A stretch of DNA of 64,000 nt, from positions 5,828,001 through 5,892,000 of the forward strand of contig JBHGNT010000009.1 of assembly GCA_043228905.1 (NCBI GenBank), given 5' to 3'. Of the stretch, positions 52,093 to 64,000 are shown piece after piece. Under the pieces are notes generated by a model. That model was given only the letters and a program-made list of their open reading frames with translations, had not been told where the DNA came from and did no database searches. Position 1 is the first letter of the stretch. Every line of letters begins with the position of its first letter. The DNA comes from Azolla caroliniana (Eukaryota > Plantae > Polypodiophyta). The translations under genes were made by a program, and so were the position numbers.

Positions 52093-53898
52093 TTGCTTAC
52101 TATTCCATCCCTCGTATGTCTCTTTGGAGGGATGAGAAGAACAGAGCATGTTTGTATTGGAAATGAAACAATCAGAAAGTATGTGAGATGTGGCAAAATG
52201 ATGGAAGCACGCGAGGTTTGCTCTGCCATGGATGTGCGAGATGTCTATACATGGACTATGTTACTCTCTGGTTATCTTAAACAGGGGAATCCCAATGAAA
52301 CTTTAAATCTATTCCAGAAAATGTTAGAGGATAGAGTTGAACCTAGTAATGTAACCTTTGTGTGTGTACTGAAAGCATCTACACTTTGTGTTTCACATGA
52401 TTTGGGAAAGGTGATTCATGCTAGCATTGTTGAGAGAGGATTAGAAGGAGATATATTCATTGGAACTAGTCTCATTGATATGTATGCGAAGTGTGGCAGT
52501 CTAGAGAATGCCAAACATGTGTTTCTCAAGTTATCAATACAGAATACAGTATCATGGACATCTATGATTGCTGGATACACAAGACATCGGCTTGCCTCTG
52601 TAGCGTTAGAGCTCTTCTGGAAGATGCAACACAATGCCGTGGCTCCAAATGAAGTCACTTTCGCTAATGCTTTGACTGCATCAAGTCTAATTGCATCACT
52701 AGAAGAAGGTCAATTGATTCACGATATGGTGGTGATTTGTGGGTTCGAGACTGATTGTTTTGTTGGAAACTCCGTTATTGACATGTACTCAAGCTGTGGT
52801 TGTATGGATTGTGCATATCATGCATTTAAGAGAATGGCAAAGCGAGATTTGGTTTCGTGGAATCTAATGATTTCAGGATACCTATTCCATGGCATGTGTA
52901 AACAAGCAATGTTGATTTTTCATCAAATGGTAGGGAGAAAAGTTATGCCTGATAAGACGACTTTCTTAAGTGCTCTTAAGGCTTGTTCCTTATCCCAAGA
53001 CATACGAGAGGGGGAAAAGTTGCATGATTATATTCAAAGAAGTGGGGTCAAGTTGGATGTTGTCTTAGGAAGCGCCCTCATGAATATGTTTGTGAAGTGT
53101 GGAAGCATAGAAAATGCTCAGCAAGTCTTTGAAGTTTTGCAAAAACGTGATGTGGTCACATGGACAACATTAATATCAGGATTTGTCTCTCATGGAGATC
53201 CTGGAGAGGCTCTTCAGCTCTTTAAAATGATGAAACAACATAAAGTCTCGCCTGACCGGCTAACATTTGTCGGTGTGCTTAGTGCATGCGCATTACTTGG
53301 AGACTTAGATATGGGTGAGAAGATTCATGATGATATAATTTGTGCTGGGCTTGAGTGTGATGTTTGCTTGGGAAGTTGTCTGGTCGATATGTATGCCAAA
53401 TGTGGAAGCCTACACAAGGCTTTGGCGGTGTTTGATGCCTTGCCTAAGAAGGATGTTATTGCATATAATGCATTAGTTGTTGGATATGCTCAACATGGAG
53501 ATCATGAAGGATTAAAAGACATTTTTAGGCAAATGTTCAAGGCTGATATGGAACTAGACAATGTCACTTATCTTAGCATCTTTTTGGCATTCAGTCATTG
53601 TGGGTTGCTGGATGAGGGTTGTAGATTGCTCATGTTTATGATGCAAGAGTGTAATAAGGCGCTCCGTAGTGAGCATTTTTCCTGCATAATTGATCTTCTA
53701 AGTAGAGGAGGACATTTGAAAGATGCTGTCAGATTTGTTGAGAGAATGCCGTTCCAGCCTTGTTCTGGCGTCTGGACGTCACTGCTTGGTGCGTGCAAAA
53801 TTTATTATAACATTGAGATAGCCAAATATGCAGTGGAAATGATACAAGAACTTGAACCACAGACTTCTTTCCGGAATAGGCAGCATTATAGTGTATAG
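52093..53898 (+). CDS. PLS-class pentatricopeptide repeat protein (candidate organellar RNA-editing factor) with a truncated E domain; first in-frame ATG at 52132
   Basis: About 15 P-L-S repeats (DVYTWTMLLSGY, IFIGTSLIDMYAKCGSL, DLVSWNLMISGY...), then HFSCIIDLLSRGGHL...MPFQPCSGVWTSLLGACK...ELEP. Start uncertain: the frame opens right after an ACAG at 52089-52092. Confidence 0.92.
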   Translation: MLTIPSLVCLFGGMRRTEHVCIGNETIRKYVRCGKMMEAREVCSAMDVRDVYTWTMLLSGYLKQGNPNETLNLFQKMLEDRVEPSNVTFVCVLKASTLCVSHDLGKVIHASIVERGLEGDIFIGTSLIDMYAKCGSLENAKHVFLKLSIQNTVSWTSMIAGYTRHRLASVALELFWKMQHNAVAPNEVTFANALTASSLIASLEEGQLIHDMVVICGFETDCFVGNSVIDMYSSCGCMDCAYHAFKRMAKRDLVSWNLMISGYLFHGMCKQAMLIFHQMVGRKVMPDKTTFLSALKACSLSQDIREGEKLHDYIQRSGVKLDVVLGSALMNMFVKCGSIENAQQVFEVLQKRDVVTWTTLISGFVSHGDPGEALQLFKMMKQHKVSPDRLTFVGVLSACALLGDLDMGEKIHDDIICAGLECDVCLGSCLVDMYAKCGSLHKALAVFDALPKKDVIAYNALVVGYAQHGDHEGLKDIFRQMFKADMELDNVTYLSIFLAFSHCGLLDEGCRLLMFMMQECNKALRSEHFSCIIDLLSRGGHLKDAVRFVERMPFQPCSGVWTSLLGACKIYYNIEIAKYAVEMIQELEPQTSFRNRQHYSV

Positions 53899-55502
53899 AG
53901 GAAGTAAATCAGAATGGTTTCTGCCAATTCTTATTACACACGCACATACATTCTTTCCTGATTTTTAAGAAAGTGTTGGTGAATGTGATTTGTTTTAAAC
54001 ATGTGAATGAATATTGATTGAAATGAACTTGATGGAACAAAACGCACTTTGTTGTCTACCTATTTTGGGTTGCCATAAAGCAAACTGAAGAGCATTGGTA
54101 GTGTTCCTTGTAGATGATTGAACAAAAGAAATGTAATAGCAATGCAAAGTTTGTGTGGGATTTCCCATTACTCTCTACAAGTGATCTCTTCGTTAGCGCA
54201 TAGAAAAGTGTGAGAACGTGAGAGGTGTGCCTTTGGAAACATGGGGAACGTTGGCCCATGTAAGGAAAATGAATGACAACCTCATTGAAGAGGCAATGTG
54301 TATTGAAACCTTGCTTCTAACTATACTAAATTAGAGGGTGAGGAGTTCATGTCCATAAGGACTATATGTGAACAATATAATAAATTGAGAAAGGGTGAGG
54401 AGTTCTTAGGAGTGGTAGGGCTTAATCATCTTCCTCTCTATAGTGGGTTAGGCTCACAATACTTACAAAGACTTGGTTGCTTTAGTGGGCTAGTGATTGC
54501 TATATGTTCGTCCTCATGTTCATTAATCTGCTTTGGTTGATTGTATAAACCCCTTTAAACCACGTGTTGCCTCAACTGCACATATATGTGGCATTAAATT
54601 AAAGCAACCATCATGGTTTGAATTTGTCCATACTTGACGGTCTTTTAAAGAATGGCTCCTTCCTTGATCATGGACTAATGCTTTGGGAGAGGTTTGTTCT
54701 ACATATGATTGTCTCTCATGGCTTTAAGTTGAGCTCTTTGGTCTCGTTTAGTTTTAACGATCATGGTTATGCAAGGGCCATTGTAAAGGATGATGATTTG
54801 AGGAACATTTTATTTATACCACAATGGCACAATGTATATATTCCCTCTTCAGTATTTGTTTCGCAAGCTTATCGACATCGACAAAATGTATGTAGTAGCA
54901 TTTGTATAGTGGAGTTGGTGGGCCTAGTTAAAACTTCACATATATATTAGTGAAGTTCATATAAGGCTTAAGGTTCAATAATGTGCATTTAGATGCTCTA
55001 TGTCTGCCTAATTCATTGCTTAGGGTGTTGCCAACCACTCAGATATAAGTGAACTTCATGTAAGACTTTTATTCATTAATATGTATAGACGATCGATCTC
55101 TTGCCCGATTGATTGGTTTAGGTGTCATTGTTGAGTATATGTGCTTGTCGCCAATTCATAATCCTTTGAACATTATCATCACAATTCACGTGAGGCCACA
55201 TGAGTCATGCAGACGCCTCACAAAAATGCGAGTGACCTGCCAATCCTTGTTAGGAACTTCATGTTCACGCATAGGGATATAACTGAAGGAGAATCCGGAA
55301 CAACCGAAGACATGTGAGCAAGCAAGTGAGGGGTACATGCTCACGGGGGGCTGATTCCTGACCAGGCATGCAAGGATACATATTATGTAGATGTATGTGT
55401 ACATATGTATGTGATACATACATACATATGTACACATACATCTACATAATCATACACCTACACACACACACACACACACACATTACATACATATTATAAT
55501 TT

Positions 55503-55522
55503 ATGATACATACATACATACA

Positions 55523-55558
<36 letters not shown>

Positions 55559-55662
55559 TTCATTGATTGCCTGCTGTCCAGAAAGCCCTAAAGTTTGTAA
55601 AAGCAAAAGGAAGAAAGAAGAAGGAAGGAAGGAAGGAAGAAGAAGAAGAAGAAAGGAAGAAG
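55503..55662. repeat. (CATA)n and (GAA/GGAA)n microsatellites upstream of the PP2A-A gene
   Basis: Arrays visible directly; (CA)n also at 55459-55482. Confidence 0.85.
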
Positions 55663-55679
55663 GAAGCACATACACAGTG

Positions 55680-55784
55680 GCCACTTCATCCCTCCTCCGA
55701 TCGTTGAATTCTCTCTGCATACCTCCACAGAACCACTCCATTCCTCTTCTTCCTCCTCCTGCAGCTGCTATAACAGACAGACAG
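55680..55784 (+). other. Probable non-coding first exon of the PP2A-A gene, followed by a ~2.7-kb 5' UTR intron (55785-58487)
   Basis: CT-rich leader ending ACAG|GTACG; acceptor TTTTCAG at 58481-58487, 38 nt before the ATG. Exon start approximate. Confidence 0.55.
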
Positions 55785-58525
55785 GTACGAAACAGACACC
55801 TTCTCTCTCTCTCTCATCTCTCATCTCTCATCCGTCCAACTTCCACCGAGCTAGTTGGTTTCACCATCATTCTTGCTTCAATTCCTGAGATCAAGCCTGA
55901 TCACCAATTCTGTGGAAGGCACATACACACAAACGGCAATGCTGAATCATGTATGTAATGCACGCACATTCCTTCCATGCTGTGCATGAGCTCGATACAC
56001 ACCATGTGATGAATGGATGGATGAATGAATGAATGATAAATGAGGTTTTACTTGCTTGCTTCTTCAGAGGATCGCACGAGAGCAACTGGCGTTTATTATT
56101 CAGGAAACGTTTCAGAGACGTGGAATGCTTTGTTCACATGTATGTCCATGTTTTTCATGCTCAGAAATGTTTAGTTCAGTTCAGGAGTTTCACAAAATAG
56201 GCAGTGTCTCTTCTTCTGGAATTTTGCGGAAACGTTTGAAAATTCAAGCAGATTCAGAAAGGATGCATACATTTCTCAATTCCTGGAAACAGTGTAGTTC
56301 TCCTTCACAAACATTCCAGAAGCGTGCAGCAGTTTGCTATGGATAAAAATAGAATGATGGAATCTCACAAGTTTTTCAATGCCTGAGAACCAGCAATGTT
56401 TCTTTTCTTCTTCACAAATGTTGATTACCCCGTTTGAGTATCAACACAGACAGAATACAGACAGTGATTTGATGCTGAGAACAAACTGTTTCTTAAGGAA
56501 CGTTTCACATTCAGTGTTCATTGCAGGCAAAGCGATGAACTGATGGACATTTTCAATTCCTTATAGAACCTATTACATTTTTGTTTATGGTGGGTACAAA
56601 CGTAATGCAGACTTGTTAGAGGGATTTAGAAAATGCTTCATTTGAACTCTGTTAGATCGATTGTTATTCATAGACTGTAGGATTTCAGTCTGTTTGTTAT
56701 CATTCCAGAAAACTAGTAGGTTTTTCAGAATGTTAATACGCCATCAGCATTGAAAATGTGGTGTGTTATTCTGTCTCTGGTAGAATTTCTCTGTAGAATG
56801 AAGATCCCACAGTCTCTGGTTCTATTTATTATATTATAATCTTTCTTCAGAAATTTACATTTTTACATATCCATCAGGCCTAGATAATAAAAAGTGCAGT
56901 GTGAACCACTGGCTCTGGTAGATGTTATTTCTAGCATGTTACCTACCTATAATATTCCAAAGTCTCTGTTATATTTATCTTTCAACAAAATGATCAGATT
57001 TTAGATATCTAGAGCAATAAAAATGTCACTGGTAGACTGACTGTGAGATTTTCATTGTACACCTTTGTAGAACAGGACAAGATTTTCCTTTACTTTGGAA
57101 ACTCTGGGGTTCTCAATGACATGGCATGTCTAGAAATCATTAGTTTTTTCTATTATATCTGATGTTTCTCCAGATATCATTAGTTCTTTCACAGCAATCA
57201 ATCTTGTGGGAGAACTTAGGTTTGAAATTATTGTCTATAAATCATCACTTGTAGAATGACTCTGGTCAAGCTATTATCTTCCAAAGGCATTTGTTCTGTG
57301 CTTCATATCTGATCTTTCCACAGAATTAAGCAGTATTTTTCAGAGCGTTTGATGCCGTACTGAGCATTTAAACTGTAGAGTAAATCACTTTTAGACTTGA
57401 CTTTGGTAGATTTTCTAGAACATGGAACTTCCACAGGATCTAATTCTGTCATTTATGTCTAATCTTTCTTCAGAAAGCAGTACTTTTTCCAGGGTGATCA
57501 GTCCTGAGCATTGAAACTGCCGTGCAAATCACAATGACAATGTCTTCTTGGTTGAATATGGAAGCATCTGCTGCTATTTGCAGAAAATGAGATATGAAGT
57601 CCTCATTATGATCTATAAAAACTCTGATCCTTTGCATTAATGAATCAAGTACTCTTTTTGAACCTGGAGTTTCAAAACCGTAGTGTAAGCCACTATGAGA
57701 GACTATCATTCAAGTCTGCAGAAGAATGGCTTGCACACAATTCATTTAGTTTCAGTGAGCAAATTTTCTAGATCATAACTCAAGGAGAAGATTGGATATT
57801 TGTTCTCATCTACCTTTGTAGAGGAGATTGCTGAGTGTCATCATTGTTTAGTTTGTCTTCAAGTTACATGATAGTTTTTGCTTAAGAGTTGGATAGGTGT
57901 TATTTCCACTGCCTTTCCTGAATGTTTGATGACTCTTGGAATTTGGGTTCTGTAAGGATATTTGAATGTTCTTATGCATTTGCCGTTTAATCTTAGTATC
58001 AGACGCGGAAGTAATATAGCCTTGCTCTTGTCTGCCTTACGCACAAAATGCCCTTTGTTAGTTTTCTGTCTGCTTGAGAGCTTTATATGTGTTATTCCTA
58101 CGGCCTTTCCTGTCTACATCATTCTTGAACCTCCTAATTTTATGAATGCTGGATTTGGTTTCCTGAGTAATATATTGACCTTATACATTGGTTTAATCAG
58201 CCTATGGAATGGTTAGGTTCTTTAGCTTGCTTGTCTGTATATGTGTATAAAATTGCACCTACAAGCTCATTGGATATATTGCTTCTCTTCCCGGTTGTTT
58301 GTAGATTAGTTTATGAATTCACAATGTACTCTCTTCTAAACATATGCACACCTAATTTTTTTCCTGAAAACCATACTTATGTAGTAACATTAATCTACTT
58401 CAAGATTCAGGACATTTGAGAAATACATCATGAATCTTTATTTTGAGCTAGTATTCTTTTTTTCATTCTGTTGAAGGCCATTTTCAGGGATTTAAAACTA
58501 CTTTGGAAGGGGCACACTGAATCTC

Positions 58526-61500
58526 ATGGCTATGGTCGATGAACCATTGTACCCAATCGCAATTCTTATCGATGAGTTGAAGAATGATGACATTCAGTTG
58601 CGGCTCAACTCAATAAGACGCTTATCTACAATTGCTCGAGCTCTTGGAGAAGAACGGACTAGAAAAGAGCTAATTCCTTTTCTGAGTGAAAATAATGACG
58701 ATGATGACGAAGTCTTGCTCGCAATGGCTGAAGAACTAGGTTCATTTATACCTCATATTGGTGGTATCGATCATGCACATGTGCTCTTGCCACCTCTGGA
58801 AACACTGTGCACTGTGGAAGAAACAGTGGTTAGAGACAAAGCTGTTGAATCATTGTGCCGGATTGGCTCTCAAATGAAAGAGAGTGACATGATTGACTGG
58901 TTCATTCCACTTGTCAAGGTAGATACTATGTTCTTCTTTCTAATGTATTTCAGTTTTGTGATGATGAGTTTTAATCTGTAGCTTGAGATAGATAGTAAAA
59001 TAATTGTAAAAACTCTGAAATGCCCCTGAAGTTTTCTTTATTTCCTCAAAATACCTTAAGTTTCTGTTATTTCTCGAAACAACCGCTGTCAATCCCCTCT
59101 CAAGCAGTTATATATGCTATTTTAGCAAGTGTATTGTCAGTTCATCTCGTTTCCCTCAATTATATCTGCTATTTTAGCAATTATATAGTAAAATCATCCC
59201 CTTTTTCTTTTTTCAAGGGTTGACTAGGGCATTTGGGTAAATAATGAAAAATCAGGAGTATTAGGAAATAGAAAAACTCTGGTCACCCTACCAAGAACAT
59301 TTTTTGGGAGAATAATGAAAGTTTATGGGAACTTGAGGAAATATTGAAAAACTCAGGAGTATTCAGTGGTTTTCCCTAAATTAATTCTAGTGACCATATG
59401 TATGAGCCGGAAATTCCAGTTGATTCATTTTGTGGGGCATTGGACTATGCAGAGACTTGGAGCTGGTGAATGGTTCACAGCTCGTGTATCTGCTTGTGGT
59501 CTCTTTCATATAGCATATCCAAGTGCATCGGAATCACTTCAAACAGAGTTACGAGCAGTCTATAATCAACTTTGCCATGATGATTTGCCAATGGTGAGAC
59601 GAGCGGCTGCATCACATTTGGGCAAATTTGCTTCTACTGTTGATTCTTCTCATCTTAAGACAGATATCATGTCCTTCTTCAGGGACTTAACAGAAGATGG
59701 TATTTTGTACCAATGCTCATTTCCTGTCTTTGAAATCTAGAGTATTTAAATGTTGAATGAACTTCTCTTTTATCATATTGCTATTTTGCTAGCTAATGAG
59801 TCTTGCAAAATGTAATGTATGCAGTCCAGGATTCCGTTAGGATCCTTGCAGTTGAGGGATGTGCAGCATTAGGCAAACTTTTGGAATCACAGGATTGTGT
59901 TACCAACATTCTGCCAGTAATTATAAACTTTTCTCAGGTTTGTGTGCATCATGCTATCTTAAATTCCTATTGTATATGACTTAATGGGCTACTTATGGAT
60001 GGTTTTATGGGTCTTTATAACAGGATAAGTCATGGAGGGTACGATACATGGTTGCTAACCAATTGTACGATCTTTGTGAGGCAGTAGGTCCTGAGGCAAC
60101 AAGGTTGATGGATTTGTCTATATTATATACTATAATGTTTTCAAAAATTTAGGACATTCTTCTCGGTTAAAATTATGTGAACTATTTATCTACCCAAATT
60201 TCTTATAACAATCTTCTTTGTTCTTGTAACAGGGCAGAGTTAGTTCCTGCATATATACGTTTGCTACGTGACAATGAGGCTGAAGTAAGAATCGCTGCCG
60301 CAGGGAAGGTTACCAAATTCTGCAAGATTGTTAGCGTTCCTCTTGCAATTCAGTCTATACTTCCCTGTGTTAAGGTAATTCAAGCTAATCTTTGATGATT
60401 GGCAAAATAAAGTTGAAGCTATAATTGAATTAAGAGAATATTGACAGGACATGGCATCTGACTCATCGCAACATGTCCGATCTGCTCTTGCATCAGTCAT
60501 CATGGGCATGGCTCCAATTTTAGGCAAAGTAGGGTTATTTCTTGATATTTTAATTCTTTTTTTAACTTGCCTATTAAATCTCTTGTTTTTAACTTGCCTA
60601 TTAAATCAGTCATCATGGGCATGTGCTCTGTTCTATTGTTTAGGAAGCCACAATTGATCAATTACTGCCAATCTTTCTTTCTCTCTTGAAAGATGAATTT
60701 CCTGATGTGAGGTTGAATATCATTAGCAAGCTTGATCAAGTCAATCAGGTATGCATTTTGTAAACTGGATGTTAAAAGTTTCCTTTAGTCTTCGTTTTAT
60801 AGTTCACATGCATATATGTATAGGAACTCACATATACTTTGTAGGGCTCCAGAAATAAGTAATAAATGAATAGCTGTCAAACAGATTTGGGGGTTAAATT
60901 GTAGCTGTCCACATGTGCAGGTTATTGGTATTGATTTACTTTCACAGTCTCTTTTGCCTGCAATTGTGGAGCTTGCAGAAGACAAACATTGGCGAGTTCG
61001 ACTTGCTATAATTGAGTATATTCCACTCCTAGCAAGCCAACTGGGTGTAGAGTTCTTTGATGAGAAACTTGGAGCCTTATGCATGCAGTGGCTTGGAGAT
61101 CAGGTGAGGTTTTGTTTAGGGATCCCAGACCCTCCAATTGAATACAATTATATCAACAATTTAGTTTGGTCAAAGATTCAACGTGATTAAGCAGGTGTTT
61201 ATTTCACATAGTAAATGGATTGATTGTATTATTTAATCTCTATCAAATCAAATAGACACATATTCTTTAGTCACAAACTCTAATAGAAACTGGAACTTCT
61301 ATGATACACATGGATGTAAAGATCTTCCCCAGAGAATCATTCTGCTATAATTATCGTAGGATCGAAAATACAGTTGTTTTCACTGAATTAATTATTCTCT
61401 TTTACTGTGATAATTCTCTCTCCTGCAATGGAGCATAAATAAATTTGAGAATTAAGAGATGTTTTGGCTATCATGAAAATTAATAAGTAAATCCTTGTGC

Positions 61501-63722
61501 AATTTGGTGGGGTTGTATTTGCAATTTGTAGGCTTTTAATTCCATATAAGTGAGGTTACTTCTAAAATATCTTTTCATTTATTTAGTATAGTTTTCTCAA
61601 TCAAATTTCCTCAACCAGGCAATAAGCTTTGAATGAGAATGTATGGGATGTCTAAAGTCTGAGATGGTGAATTCTTCAGACTAAGACTAGAGACTGGATA
61701 GACTTTTCTTGTGAAGAAAACTGACTGCTTGAATTAATAAAAAACTCTTAGAGATTTGTACCATATAATGGGGGGCTTTTGCACGTGTAGCTTTGGCTAC
61801 CTTTTCTCAGGTTAAGTGTATTGAAATAGAAGATCTATAAATATTAGTGTGAAAATCTTGATGATGGTAACTAATTAATGATGCATACCTAATGGAAATA
61901 CAGGTATTTTCCATCCGAGAAGCTGCAGTTAATAATGTTAAAAGGTTAGCTGAAGAATTTGGACCAGAATGGGCTATGCAACACATTGTTCCACAGGTTT
62001 TTACCTTTATAGCCTATCGTTAAAATTTTCATATCCACCCAGTTTGAATGGGAAAAATAATGGGCTACATATTGTCTTCTTATAATATCTGCATTTTTTT
62101 CTGGATTTCTTAGCTAAGAAAATTTATGTTGTAACCAGAGGATCTTGCTTTGCAGCTCCTTGAGATGATAAGTAACAGTCATTATCTCTATCGAATGACT
62201 ATTTTAAATGCTATATCCCTGCTTGCACCAGTAATGGGAGCTGAAGTAACATGTCAAACTATGCTTCCTGTTGTTATTGAGGCCGGAAAAGATAGGTATG
62301 TCAACATAATCTTCTTGTTGTGTCTATCTCTTCTCGTGTGGGTAATTTTCTGGGGTTTACCTATATAGACTGTTCATTGATGACTAAGATTTTAATTCTG
62401 AGTAAAAAAGAAACATTGCAAAATATCTCGAAATGTAATCATGAACTCTTTGCTGCTTAGTAATGGATGAGAATGATGTGAGTATGCATTAGATAATCTT
62501 TCATTCAGATTCCCAAAGTCGAGAAATGATTTATTTTAAGAAATGAATATATGTGATTTATAAACATAGATGCTTTTGTGTGGGCATTTTTCTGGGGTTT
62601 ACTGATATGGATTATTCATTGAAGACTGGGGTTTTCATTCTGAAGAGGGGTAAAAGAAGAAACGTTGCTAGATATTCCTGAATGTTATCATGGATTCTTT
62701 GTTGCTTCAACAGTAATGGATGAGAATGATGTCAGTATGCATGCAGTCATCTTTCATTCAGATTCCCAACATTGAGAAGCAATTTATTTTAAGGAGTAAA
62801 TACATGTAAAATTATGAACATGGGTCAGGGGATTTTGGTGGGTGATTATCTGTCATTTTCTTTGTTAAAGATATTTTTCTATATTCACTGTGAAATGTAG
62901 CTGATTTTGATGGATATCATTGACAACACTGCAGGGTACCAAACATAAAGTTTAATGTGGCCAAGGTCTTGCAGTCTTTGACGTCAGTTCTGGATGCTAC
63001 GGTAGGTTCTTGTTCATTTTGTATCCCAATTTTAATTAAGGCTTTTCTATTTGAGGTTACTTGGAAGCTATTTTAGTCGAACCTTTGAATAAATGTCTCA
63101 TCTTGATAGATAGATCTGGTCTTGAATGCTGGATATACAAAGAGCGCTGCATTTATTTACTTTCTAAAGCTCTTGGAAACACGAAAAATTGATTCCATCT
63201 AGGTTCTAAAAGAAGCAAAAGATAAATCTGTGAGAATATTGCCAAAATACTCCTCACTTGTACAAACAATTTATTTACAATGAGGTATTCTGGTAATTTT
63301 TGAAAAAATAGGGGTATTCTGATAAATGCACCCAGCAAATTAGGGGTACTTTTGCGTGTCTGTTACACTCAACGTCATTCATTAAGTGTTTGCACTTCAA
63401 CGAACTGATATGCTCTAAGAAGCTACAATTCCTGCATCAATTACAAATGCTTGAACTTTTGTACAGTGTTGGATATAAATTGGAGCTACATCATTTCCAA
63501 TGCTGTGTTGCCATGGGCATTTCCTGTCAGTTTTACATGCCATTACTATGTGGTGATGAATTGTTATCCAAATGAGCTGGATTATTGATTTGTCATATTT
63601 TACAGGTTGTGCAACAAAGCGTTCGGCCTTGTCTGGTTGAGCTTAGCGAAGATCCAGATGTTGATGTGAGATATTTTGCTGGTCTGGCTTTAGAGACATG
63701 TGACCAGTATATGTTAACTTGA
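58526..63722 (+). CDS. PP2AA: Protein phosphatase 2A 65-kDa scaffold (A) subunit; 12 coding exons: 58526-58918, 59453-59699, 59825-59937, 60024-60103, 60233-60374, 60448-60528, 60644-60748, 60921-61103, 61904-61996, 62156-62295, 62935-63001, 63606-63722 (586 aa)
   Basis: [41 protein letters not shown]...[11 protein letters not shown]...[23 protein letters not shown]...[12 protein letters not shown]; HEAT repeats; all junctions GT-AG and in frame. Confidence 0.97.
59036..59365. mobile_element. Decayed MITE-like element in the first PP2A-A coding intron
   Basis: Imperfect ~33-bp terminal inverted repeats TGAAATGCCCCTGAAGTTTTCTTTATTTCCTCAA / TTGAGGAAATATTGAAAAACTCAGGAGTATTCA; TSD not identified. 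Confidence 0.45.
62340..62825. repeat. ~240-bp tandem duplication inside a PP2A-A intron
   Basis: TTTTCTGGGGTTTAC...AGTAATGGATGAGAATGATGT...TCTTTCATTCAGATTCCCAA at ~62346 and ~62588. Confidence 0.88.
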
Positions 63723-64000
63723 TTCCGTGAAAGTTTTCTTCTTGATAATCAAAATATTGCTCCTTTGCCATTACTTTCTTCTTGAAGATCCAAATGGCCT
63801 CTTCTGCCATTTATGCTGAGTTTCTATTGGGTAAAGTTTTATCTATACTTCCTGCCACATTCCAGTGTGTCTCTCAATGACATTTTGGCATCTTTTTCAC
63901 TTTCCACACAAACAAATGGCGGACAAAGAGATTTTTTTTATCAAAGAGAATTAGGATACATTCCTTGTTATTTGTAACGAAGTCAAAATCAGTTTTCTCA

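Noticed and set aside
55442-56346. ORFs of 96-151 aa upstream of PP2A-A
   Set aside because: Microsatellite- and UTR/intron-derived, with no recognisable domain.

Overview
AT-rich land-plant nuclear DNA with spliceosomal genes. A seed-free lineage such as a fern is suggested by the style of the PLS-PPR and BELL genes, but that is inference. Six protein-coding genes were reconstructed by hand from GT-AG junctions: a BEL1-like TALE homeobox gene (-, 970 aa); TRM112 (-, 122 aa); an unnamed 13-exon gene (+, about 675 aa) with a transit-peptide-like N-terminus and two tandem retropepsin-type DTG aspartic-protease domains; NOP10 (+, 64 aa, missed by the ORF track); a PLS-class PPR gene with a truncated E domain (+); and a PP2A scaffold A subunit (+, 586 aa). 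Positions 16967-34208 hold a nest of six transposon insertions. The outer Gypsy chromovirus (TSD AGGTC) contains two oppositely oriented LTRs of a second family. One of these hosts a Copia element (TSD TATCA), whose 5' LTR holds a second Copia and whose RT holds an 803-bp hAT-type element. The best candidate for an undescribed system is the single-chain, double-retropepsin, putatively plastid-targeted protease. Secondary candidates are tRNA-like Pol III boxes inside retroelement sequences and a Copia with a second PPT, a 3' ORF extension and a PPT-enclosing hairpin. All alignments and counts were done by eye; no searches were run.
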